From Selaginella moellendorffii (lineage: Eukaryota; Plantae; Lycopodiophyta): a stretch of DNA of 64,000 bases. Where the stretch lies: NCBI RefSeq assembly GCF_000143415.4, contig NW_003314277.1, positions 259,183 to 323,182 of the forward strand, given 5' to 3'. Of this stretch, positions 1 through 10,200 are shown one piece after another (the stretch's first letter is position 1; each line of letters opens with the position of its first letter). The notes beneath the pieces were generated by a model that was not told where the DNA came from, searched no databases, and was given only the letters and a program-made list of their open reading frames with translations. The position numbers and the translations under genes were made by a program.

Positions 1-174
1 GTCACGGATGTGAATGTGTCAAGCTTTGACTATGGAGATGTTATTGATCGTGCTTACCAGCAGAATGTGGGCTGGGTTTATGTGACCAATGATAATCTTC
101 CAAATCCGTGGGACACCATAGCCAGCTACTTCTCTGGAGAGGTGGACTATATTAAAAATGATAATCAGTGCTAA
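1..174 (+). CDS. C-terminal end of a spherulation-specific family 4 (spherulin-4 / GH135-like) protein, 5'-truncated by the window edge
   Basis: Frame 1 translates VTDVNVSSFDYGDVIDRAYQQNVGWVYVTNDNLPNPWDTIASYFSGEVDYIKNDNQC*. GWVYVTxDxxPNPWDxxxSY resembles the conserved spherulin-4 C-terminal motif. Confidence 0.7.
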   Translation, partial: VTDVNVSSFDYGDVIDRAYQQNVGWVYVTNDNLPNPWDTIASYFSGEVDYIKNDNQC

Positions 175-204
175 GTAACAGAATTACTCACATAAATAAT
201 AACA

Positions 205-880
205 ATCAATCTGATGGTCGTCTTTGGAGGAGTTTGCCCCATGGCCAGCTTCTAGCTATGGAAGTAGAGAATGTCTTGCTTCTCATCCTCTTCGGCGTCA
301 TGCTGCCTTTGATTTGTATCAGGTATGTAGACGTATTGTTTCATCACTTCTCTGGCAGATCTGGGCGAGGTAGGAATCGCTTACGATGAACTCGTTCATC
401 TTGCCATTGATCTCGATCCAGCTCCTGCTGCCGGGCTTCTTTATTCCCTGATATCAACTTGTGGACCTTGGCGGCCATGTCCCACTTCCCAGCGTCGCTC
501 TAAGGTCCACGAAGCCACCATGGCTGCAAGCTTAGAGGACGTGCGTGAAGGTGACGCTGTCGGGCTTGTAGCCGTCCTGTTCGATGCTCCATGCCAAAGT
601 GGCCGTTTCTAGCATAGGCCGAGAAGGTGATGTTGTTGGGCTCGAGCTTCTGGTCGAAGAGCTTCTGGGCCTTAATCAGGCCACGTACTTGTTGAGCAGC
701 GTGGTGTGGAGCACGACGTCGCATGGAGCTGGCGGGCTTCTGGGAGAGCTCGGCGGCGCAGGGGTGGAAGAAAGCTCCACCGCCTCGCGGACGAGGCCCA
801 GGGGCCGCTGGAGTGCCGCCAGGATGACCTTGATTGGGAGGCACCTGGTGACGATTCTTGGTTGACGATTCTGGGGAGTC
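205..880 (-). pseudogene. Degraded PLS-E-DYW PPR pseudogene
   Basis: Minus-strand fragments DVVLHTTLLNKY, AQKLFDQKLEPNNITFSAYARNGH, DGYKPDSVTFTHVL*ACSHGG, GIKKPGSRSWIEINGKMNEF and YIPDT..HDAEEDEKQDILYFHS*KLA, with stops, frameshifts and deletions. Confidence 0.8.
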
Positions 881-998
881 CTGCCCTGCCATAGCCAATG
901 CTCGGCAAATCGGCAAATTCATGGCTGCCCACGACGAGAACTCGTGCCCCAAATTAGCCTCCATCTTTGAAACTCTTTCTCGCTTATAGACCAAACAA

Positions 999-1500
999 CG
1001 CGCATTCTCTAAATTCCAGTACTCCAGATTCTCTATCGATCCTTCACTCTGAGAAACCCTCACCATCGCTTGCGCGCCATCGCTCCGGTGATTCATGCAA
1101 ATGCCCCATTCTTGGGGAAGAATATGCTGTCAAGTTCCTCCAGGAAAGCGCCGTGATTCCCGTTAGGAAAGCGTTCTCTCGCTCTCTCGCAGCGACGATG
1201 CCACAGATGGTTTCTCTCGAGGCCACGCCTCCAAAGCGCAGCACGGTCGACGTCGCAAGGGGCCAGCTCCAGAAATGATGCCTCCCAAGCGCAAGCTCGG
1301 TCGGCCTCCAAGGCAGTTCCAGAATGGTCAGTCGCGATCTATGCCTCCATCAAGCGCAAGCCCGCCCAGCTCCAAACTCGTCGACAGGCACTATTTAAGC
1401 TGGTTGACTTAAAGGTTTACTAAATCTCTCTGATTTTCTTTTCTTGCTTTATCATGATAGTTTCTTCTATTGGATGGCTGCTGGCGCGAGGCATTGTGCG
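999..1500. repeat. Left arm of an old inverted repeat; the right arm is split into ~3045-3200 and ~14222-14450
   Basis: 999-1185 matches the reverse complement of 14237-14450, and 1310-1500 matches the reverse complement of 3045-3193 (diverged, with indels). Confidence 0.8.
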
Positions 1501-2734
1501 CCCCAGGTTACCTAAATTATCCTCCAACGCCACTCCAGTTCCACACCCAGGAAGAACCTGCTCTGCATCGAGTACAAGGTGCCACTCAGCCAAGAATGCA
1601 GAGACTATCATGGAACTTGCGACCACACGAACACTTCGCAGATCTTAGTCGCAAGCCGCCTTTTGGCAATCATGTTGTGCGATGCGAAACGGGTCATCGA
1701 TACATTGGGGTTGGAAACATTTAGAATCAACAGGAACCCGATCTTGTATCTCCGTGCAACCAAACTCGGTAGTCTGCCGCCACTGCAGGAGGGTCCTGCA
1801 CAAAGCTCGCTTTCCTGTAAACTCCAGTGTCAAGGAGAGCTTGAGCATCTGCAGCAGCCCCAAGTTGATCAGGCTCAGGACGAGAACATTTCGTCACCGT
1901 TTGCCCAGCCTCGCAAGGTGGCCCGAATTGCACGAATGCAACCGAATGATGGAGACTGTCGTGAGCTCAACGATCATCAAGCCCAAGTGGTCCTTCGGCC
2001 TCCCAAGGCGAAGGCTCAGTGCAACAGGAAACGAAAGCCACTGAGGCGAGGAGGCTGAACGAAGCAGTATGTGCGTTTAGTGCCCTTGTCGAGCCTGAGA
2101 AGCCTAAAGCTCCTGCTCTTCAAGGATTTAGAACGCGGGCCAGGAAAGGTATCCTAACAAGATCACCCATGTTTTGAAATTTTCTGGCTTGTCAGGCTGA
2201 ACGGTTTTAGTAAAAATTGTACTAAAATTTGAATAATTTGATGTCTGGTTTCTGGCAATCCGCTGTCTTTGATACTTCGAAGTTCTTGTGGTGATTGTTT
2301 GGTGTGTGCAGCAGGAGATTGATCTGGAGCAAAGAAAGACGCAACAAAGTGAAAGGTCAAATTAGCCCCTCAGAGCTGCAGTCCGTCACCTTAATTTCTA
2401 GACGAGGCTGGCAGGAAATATGAAGCCACAACAATGTGGCTTGCTGCTTCCGTGATGAAGAAAGGTTCTGAGAGCATTCTCGACCTGATGCCCAGCCTGA
2501 TTTTTTTTCTGCAAGGTTCGGTCTATCAAACATTTAGCAATGAACAGAACAATTCTAAAGAGGAAAAAAAGAAACTAACATGGATGAATTTAAAGATACC
2601 ACTTTCAGCGCGTCCATCCTCACTGCGAAATCCTTGCACGCCTACTTGAGCGATTGAAATCTCTGGTGACAAGCACCAAATCTTTTAGTTTCAAACTTAA
2701 GTTTATAAAACAATCACACAAATCCAATCCTAAA

Positions 2735-3068
2735 GCCTTTGTAGTCCCGGATCCCCTCTATTATTATATCCTCCCGCGTGTTCATGACGAAGGGGCCGTG
2801 CTAGTTGAGAGGCTGCCCGGCGATGCAGAGCACGAACCTACAAGGTGTGTCCGAGGACCAAATCGTTCCACACCATGACGACACCGTCACCGTGGCTCAC
2901 CTCCACGCTTTTCCTTCAGATTTCCTGACCCGGTTGCATGCTTACGTCAAGGTATATAGCGAAGAGATGCCCAGTGAGTCTATGGCTATAACTTTGACAC
3001 TGGTGCCGTCTTTCTACCACTGGTATGTTTCTAGTGCTATCGCAGTGCACAATGCCTCGCACCAGCAG
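2735..3068 (-). pseudogene. Pirin gene fragments
   Basis: Minus strand gives TAG/RGIVH, DGTSVKVIAIDSLGIS and RFVLCIAGQPLN*HGPFVMNTREDIIIEGIRDY, matching pirin N- and C-domain motifs. A second WMAAG/RGIV fragment lies on + at ~1471-1500. Confidence 0.7.
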
Positions 3069-5711
3069 TATAAAGCAAGGAAAGAATTCAGAGAGATTTA
3101 GGAAACTTTTAAACGAGTTTGGAGCTGGGCGATCGCTGGGGGCTTGCGCTTGATGGAGGCATATAGATCAACTGACCATTCTGGAACTGCCTCCGCGATG
3201 CGCCTCCCGTTAAACACCATCCTGATTCACTCTCTCTCCGCTTACCTGGCGATGACGTGGCATCAGCCCTCCTTTTTGTTTTATCTCCAGCGCACTCCCT
3301 CTCCCGTCCGTCGCCGCTGCACACTCCCGCCCGCGGCTATCGCCCGCCCGCGGCTCCCACCCGCCCGCTCGCCCTCACGGCTCCCGCCCGCACTCCCACC
3401 CGCCCCCGCGCCCAGCGTGCGCCCTAAAATTACTTCCACGTGGCCACAGCCCCAACACTTAGCCAAATTTCAATCAGCGCGCCCTGGTCCACCTGTTCAC
3501 GCCGGATGGTTGCCCCATAATTGACCTAAAAACGTTTCTGTTTCTTTTATGATCAATCATGGCAGCAGCACATCAATTTCCAGAGGTAAGCAATCAATTC
3601 AATTTCATATTGATTCAAGAAAATCATTTAGGATCCCCCATGGTTTGATGAGGTGCAAGAATTCCATGAAAAGGATTGTTTTTGTGCAGATGATTTAGAT
3701 TGAAATCAAATGAAACTATAGTTCCTATTGTGTATATATTCCAGAAGGATGTGAATAAGTTTCTAGATGGTGAAAGGAGAAGGGGTGATGGAGTGGATTT
3801 TTGGCGATTTTCTAACAAAAATCGTGATCCTAGAGATTTGAAACGACCCAAAAACACAAGTTTTTTATCATTAATCAGGTATATCTTTTTAACAAAATAT
3901 AATTACTAACTTCATGCTACAGGTATTGGTGTGAATATGGAAAACAAAATGCTCGTGAAACATCCTCTATTATGGTTGCTGAATCTACACCAAAGTCAGG
4001 ATTTGGAAGTAGACCAGGTCGAAGTTCTAATAAGCGGGGCTGCCTTTGCAATTTTTTGGTCAAATAGTTTTACAAATGGCCTGATTATGTGCAGATTACA
4101 TATTATCATAGAGAACATTGTGATAAGAATGGGATTCCTTGTCATGGTCAACTTGATCTGACTGGAGGAAAGTCATTATTTCCTCAGAAGCTTTTAGTAG
4201 ATATTCGATATTGGGTGATTCATATGATTCAGCAGGATTTCACATCAAATCAGATTTATAATGAGCATATACAGATTGTGGAAAGGAATAAGTCAGCTGG
4301 TGAACCTCCTCATCGAGATGATTTTCTAACTATGCAGGATATCAACAATTTGCATAGGAAGTATTTGCTTTCAACTTATCGATTACATGAAAATGATGCA
4401 CAAAGTGTACGTATTTGGAGGAACACAAATCCCGAGAAAGTATTTTTCTATCAGGAAGGTGATCAAGGTAAAGATTGTTTTACTATTGGGATCCAAACAA
4501 CTTGGCAACTACAAAAGATGGTGGACTTTTCAAATAATAATTTATTGAGTCTTGACACAACTTTTGGAACTAATTGCTACAAGGTAATATTTTCATTCAA
4601 TTTTAAGTGATTAATACTTAATAATTTACAGTTCCCATTATACACCATGCTTTCTTTTGATTATCATGGAAATGGTATTCCAATTGCATGGGTTTTAACT
4701 TCTAGTGAAAAAGGAGAACATATGAAGAATTGGATGATAGCTCTTAAAAAACAAGTTTTAGGACACATGCCAAATTGGAAACCACGGGCGATAATGATTG
4801 ATGATGCTGAAGCAAAGATTAATGCTATAAGGTAATTAATTTGATATGAAATAATTTAATTGTTTTCTTCTATATAGAGCTACATTTGATTGTCAAATTC
4901 TATTATGTATTTGGCATGTAAGGAGGAATTGGCTCAAACATATTATTTGTAAGGTGAAATCTTGGGATATTAGGATAGAAATATGGAAACGTCTCGGAGA
5001 TATTATGTATCATTCAATTCATGCAGCTTTTCATGATGATAATATTATGCGAACTGAGATTAAACAACTTATTGAACATTTTGAGGTGGATTTTCAAAAT
5101 GAAGTAGCCTTTATCAAGTATTTTCAAGACGAATGGAAGGACAAAGTTGGTAAGTGAATCAATAATTTAATTTTTATAATTTATTTTAATTTATATTTGA
5201 TAGATATGTGGGTTGTTGCTGCTTGAAATTTCTCTTATGCTAACAAGGAAACAAATAGTTCGATTGAGGCATTCCATGCAAATATGAAAGCTATACTCTC
5301 GTATGATAAAAAACATGCTCGCAATCGAAGGATGGATTGGGCAATTCATCAACTTACTACTAAGGTTCATGCGAGGTACTGGTTTACTACTTATTGCAAA
5401 GATTATGGTTTTATTCGAAACCATGCATATGAAAAGCTAATCAATGGTGCGATTGTTAAAGCAAGAAATATTAACGACTCTCAAGTAAAATTCGATAAGG
5501 ACAATACTCTCAAATCTTATGTATAATTCTCTTCAGATCCAACTATATGATATCTTTTTGTTGGAGGTGAAGGACACAGTGATTGGGCTTTTTCGACTTA
5601 GTGTAATTATCTGTGGGCAATTAAAGGAAACTTTTGCAAGCATCAAGCAAAAGTTATTATGTTAAAACAAGGAGAAAAAACCGATTGAACTACAACTAGT
5701 TATGAGGTTCA

Positions 5712-6859
5712 TGTAAGCCACAAATTTTTCCTTTCCAATTTGCCAGCTTACCTTGTCTATCCGTCCAACACTGCCTTGGCTTTTGCTAAGTTCCCTTGCC
5801 AAGGTTCTCGCCTATGGTACCAGCTCCTACTTGGTTTCAGCTACTCACTGCACGAGCAACGGAGTGTTAGCCATCCTTCCACGGATTCCCAAATCACTCT
5901 CAATCCCCCTCCCCGGGTTAGACTGGACTTAAGGTTCGGCTACACTCCCCACAAGCACAAGCAGCCAAGCACACCAAGCTTCCAGGTTCCTAACATCCCT
6001 TGGTACCACAAGACTTGATCATGGGACCCTCTAAATCCCAAGTCTTGAGTGCAACACTTGCTTCGGGACGCCGGGGCGAAACACCGTGGCCTAACGGCCC
6101 GGTATGGGTACCTCTCGCCCCCCACTTCCATCCCGAAGGAAGGCCCAAGCCCCTAGGAAGGGCGAGGACCAATGAGCCGCATGGTACTCAAGTGGGGCAC
6201 CACTCCACATGAGCCGGGAGCACCGCAATCGGTTTCCCTTTCGGGAGTGGGAGCTGCTCTTGAGCACTTCCTTGGATGGCCCCTCCGGCACCAGCCAAGT
6301 CCTTGCTCACTCCCACCCAAGGCCCCTTAGTCCCAGTCCCAACCTCAAGTCGGTTTGGAAGCCCAACTGGAGAGTCCCTTCAAAACTGGTTCCTGGACCT
6401 CACTATCCCTACTATACTTTTGGAACCCCCTGCAGCCCCCCCCCCCTGGGGGACGCACGCTTTGGGCTTTCACCCCTTGACCCGTATTAGTATTTGGACT
6501 TAGTCTCTGGCTCGATCTCGGATCCGATTTCGGATCCGACTTCGGATTCGGTCTCGGACTCGATCGCGGACTCGATCTCGGACCCGATCTCGGGCCCGAC
6601 CTCGGACTCGACTTCGGACTCGGTCTCGGACCCGATTTCGGATCTCGGACTCCGTCTCGAACTCGGTCTCGAACTCGGACTCGAACTCGGTCCCCGAGTC
6701 GGTCTTGGACTCAATTCCGGACTCTATCTCGAACTCGGTCCTAGAGTCGGTCTTGGACTCGATCTTTGACTTGGTCCCATCCGATGAACTCTTTGTCATT
6801 TTGGTTATGCTTTCGGGGTTCCCTTAGCCTACGACACCTCGGCGAGTTGGTTCCTTACA
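5712..6859 (-). repeat. 3' LTR
   Basis: TGTAAG...CTTACA; near-identical to 12103-13250. Confidence 0.97.
6503..6768. repeat. CpG-rich hexamer tandem array (CTCGGA/CTCGAT/TCCGAT variants) inside the LTR; second copy at ~12894-13159
   Basis: Directly visible 6-bp periodicity. Confidence 0.9.
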
Positions 6860-6872
6860 ACTCCACCACCCA
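6860..6872 (-). other. Polypurine tract
   Basis: Minus strand GGGTGGTGGAGT immediately precedes the 3' LTR. Confidence 0.75.
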
Positions 6873-7270
6873 TAGAAGAAGTTCGATGCCCACATCGAAC
6901 GTCTCTTTTTTTTTTTTTTATCCTACGACTTGTTGACCATGTCTCCGGGGGCATCCCCCCACTTAGCGGTGTGCCTAAGTTAGCCTCCCCGGCCAAGAGC
7001 TCATGACAACGGAATATAGGTGTCCCTATACTCCTCCCCTCACCACGCCCTAGTATGGGGTCGGGACTTGAACCCAGCCTTGCTTTACTAGGGGGTTGGG
7101 ACTCGAACCCAACCTCCGTAGAATACGTCTACGGTTTCGACATCCCCGCAGGGAGTCGGGCGTAGCTCCCTACGCCTGGTCGACCTAGCTAACCCATGCT
7201 AATTAGCTTACCTTCGGCGCGCCTTTGGGTCCCAACATATGCCATTGCTCAACTTCTCAAATTGATACTT

Positions 7271-10200
7271 TTAATTGAACTTTGCATAAGTACATAGAGT
7301 TCTGCCATGCAGAAATTCCTCCACTAGATCTCGCGCGTTCGCTAGGTTCTCCTCCGGTTCCCATGTTGCTTCGCAGTGTGGAAATCCTTTCCACTTCACA
7401 TGGAACTCTCTCACCTCGCGTCCTTGTCGCTTGCTCTTGCGCACATTGAGGATGGCCTCGACTTCGTATTCCTCCTCCCCTTGGATAACCTCAGGTAAAG
7501 GTCTTACTTGGTCCTTGCGAAGCGGATCCTCAAAATACGGCTTGAGTAAGTTCACGTGGAACACGGGATGCATCTTCCCCATCTCTCGAGGAAGTCGAAG
7601 ACGGTAAGCCACTTTACCGATTCGAGCCTCAATCTCGTAAGGCCCCGCGAACCTGCTTAAGGAACTCAAGATCAATTCATTTACAGGAATACATGCATTT
7701 TTACCTTTGGGTCAACTTCCGGCTGATCCCACTTGGTAGCCTGAGGTTCTTGGTGTTCAGCCACACCTTCTCCCCAGCTTGGAACTCCACATCTCGACGC
7801 TTTTGGTTCGCGTACTTAGTTTGCCTTTGTTGAGCCCGTTCCAAGGAATCCCTCACTAGATTCCAAATGTTGAGTCTTTCCGCCGTGAATGCCTCCACTG
7901 CGGGTAACTCTCCATGATACTCGGCCACGCCGAGTTCCACAGGACCTTCAATAGCTCGCCCATTGATGACTTCCCATGGACTCACCCCGATGCTCGAATG
8001 TGGTGAGTTGTTATAACACATTTCCGCAAGTCCCAAATGACTTACCCAGTCGGTCTGGTCTCCCGAGACATAGCATCGCAAATAATCCTCCAGCTGCCTA
8101 TTCACCCTTTCCGTTTATCCGTCTGTCAAGAAGTGTTAGTGCCATCAATCTTGACTCAATACCCATTACCTGTCTGTAGGTGATAGGCCGTGCTGAATTT
8201 CAACTTGGTGCGATACTGTTCTAGGAGTGTCCTCCAGAACCTACTGGTGAAGATCTTATCTCGATCTGAGATAATCTCTTCCGGCCTTCCCCGCACTCGA
8301 ACCACTTGTTCGAAGAACAGCTTCGCCACACCTTCCGCATCCACATCCGTTGTGGTGGGTATGAAATGTGCCATCTTTGAAAATCGGTCCACCACCACGA
8401 ATATCGCATCGAACCCCTCGCTTGGGGGTAGTCCCGTGATGAAGTCCATCGTGAGACATTTCCACGGACGATCTGGAATGGGGATGCTTTGCAACAAGCC
8501 CCCACTAGCCTTCATCACGGCTTTGACCTGCTGACATGTTGGACATGTCTTTACATAGTCTTGGACGTCCTTAGCCATATCTGGCCAGTGATACTTCCTT
8601 TTGAGTAAGCCCATCGTCTTGGGCACTCCGCCGTGTCCCGCGAGAGGTCCGTCATGACACTCTTCCAAGGCTACTTTCCTTAGTTCCCCTTCTGGAACAT
8701 ACACCCTCGTTTGCTTGTAATATATGAGTCCGTTGCGTTCCGCATAGCCCGTTTTCTCTTCCGTTGGCAGCTCACCTCTCTGGTGAGCTTCCCGCGCCTC
8801 CAGATTCCTCAGCAACACTTCTTGTGCTAGACCATCACTCTCGTATGCGGTCCGCACATCGTTCCAAAAGGTTGCTGTCGCGCTAGATATCGCCAACTTC
8901 AAGCTCGCTTTTCGACTTAGCACATCTGCCACGATGTTGCTCTTCCCAGGCTTGTACAGGATCTCGCAATCAAACTCGGCCAAAGCATTGGCCCACCGAC
9001 CTTGTTTTCCCCTTAGGTCGGGCTGTGACAAGAAGTGTTTCGTTGCCACATTGTCCGTGTAAACCTTGAAGTGTCTCCCAAGGTAGTGTCGCCACTCCTT
9101 GAGCGCCTTGACCACCGCAAACAATTCCTTCTCGTGGGCAGGCCACTTCCGTTGAGCCTTGTCCAGCTTCTTCGAGAAGAACGCTACTGGATGGTTGTCT
9201 TGCTTCAAAACTGCGCCCAACGCAAAGTCCGAAGCATCCGTGTCTACCTCAAAGTCCTTACCAAAGTCTGGTAATGCCAACACCGGAGCCTTCCTCAACT
9301 TCCCTTTGAGGTGGACGAATGCCGCCTCGCATTCCGCTGTCCATACCATCTTCCCTTTTCCTGTTTGGTCCGTTAAGGGCAGGGCTACTCTCGAATAGTG
9401 TCTGATAAACTTTCGATAGTAGTTACATAGCCCCAGGAACGCCCTCAACTCATGTACATTCGATGGTCGTTCCCATTCCTGGATCGCTTGGACCTTCTCC
9501 GGGTCCACCTTGAGCCCGTCCTGGCCCACCACATGCCCGAGAAACTTTACCTCTTGTTGAGCAAAGTCACATTTGCTCTCTTTAGCATACAGTTTGTGTT
9601 CCCTTAGTTTCTCAAACACCTTCGCCAAGTGTTCGGCATGCTCCTCTAGCGTCTCGCTATAGATCAGGATGTCGTCAATATAGACGACCACGAAGCGATC
9701 CAGATAGGGTACAAAGATGTGGTTCATCAACGCCGAAAACGTTGCCGGCACATTGTACAGCCCAAAGGGCATCACCAAAAACTCAAAGCTCCCATACCTC
9801 GTTCGACAGGTTGTCTTCTCAACATCTTCCTCAGCTACCCTAATCTGGTAGTATCCTGACCTTAGGTCAATCCTCGAGAAGTATTTTGCCTTTCCCAACC
9901 TATCGAACAGGTCCTCGATCCTTGGCAAAGGGTACTTGTTCTTCTTGGTATACTTGTTGAGCAACCGGTAGTCTATGCACATGTGCATAGATCCATCTTT
10001 CTTTTTCACAAATAGCACCGGCGCCCCATACGGCAACTTGCTCAACCTAACATACCCTTTGCCCACCAACTCTTCTAGTTGGCTCTTGAGCTCCTTGAGT
10101 TCTTTTTCGTTCAATCGATAGGGTGGACGAACCACCGTCTCAGCACCCTCGACCAGCTCAATCTTATGTTCTATCGGTCGTGCGGGGGGCAACCCCGCCG

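Noticed and set aside
500-1096. 198-aa ORF as an intact gene
   Set aside because: It runs across a repeat arm and a frameshifted PPR pseudogene; only a short stretch is PPR-like.
1579-2058. Possible LRR/F-box-like fragment
   Set aside because: Resemblance too weak to support a call.
7055-7120. tRNA gene or SINE at the B-box motifs
   Set aside because: No A box, anticodon arm or acceptor stem could be built; only isolated T-arm-like hairpins.
5712-7270. Hammerhead ribozyme (retrozyme-like) in the LTR or 3' UTR
   Set aside because: No CUGANGA...GAAA core with compatible stems found by eye.
8115-8117. TAA in integrase as programmed readthrough or an editing site
   Set aside because: It replaces a conserved Gln (CAA>TAA) and accompanies other C>T/G>A changes, so mutation in this copy is simpler.
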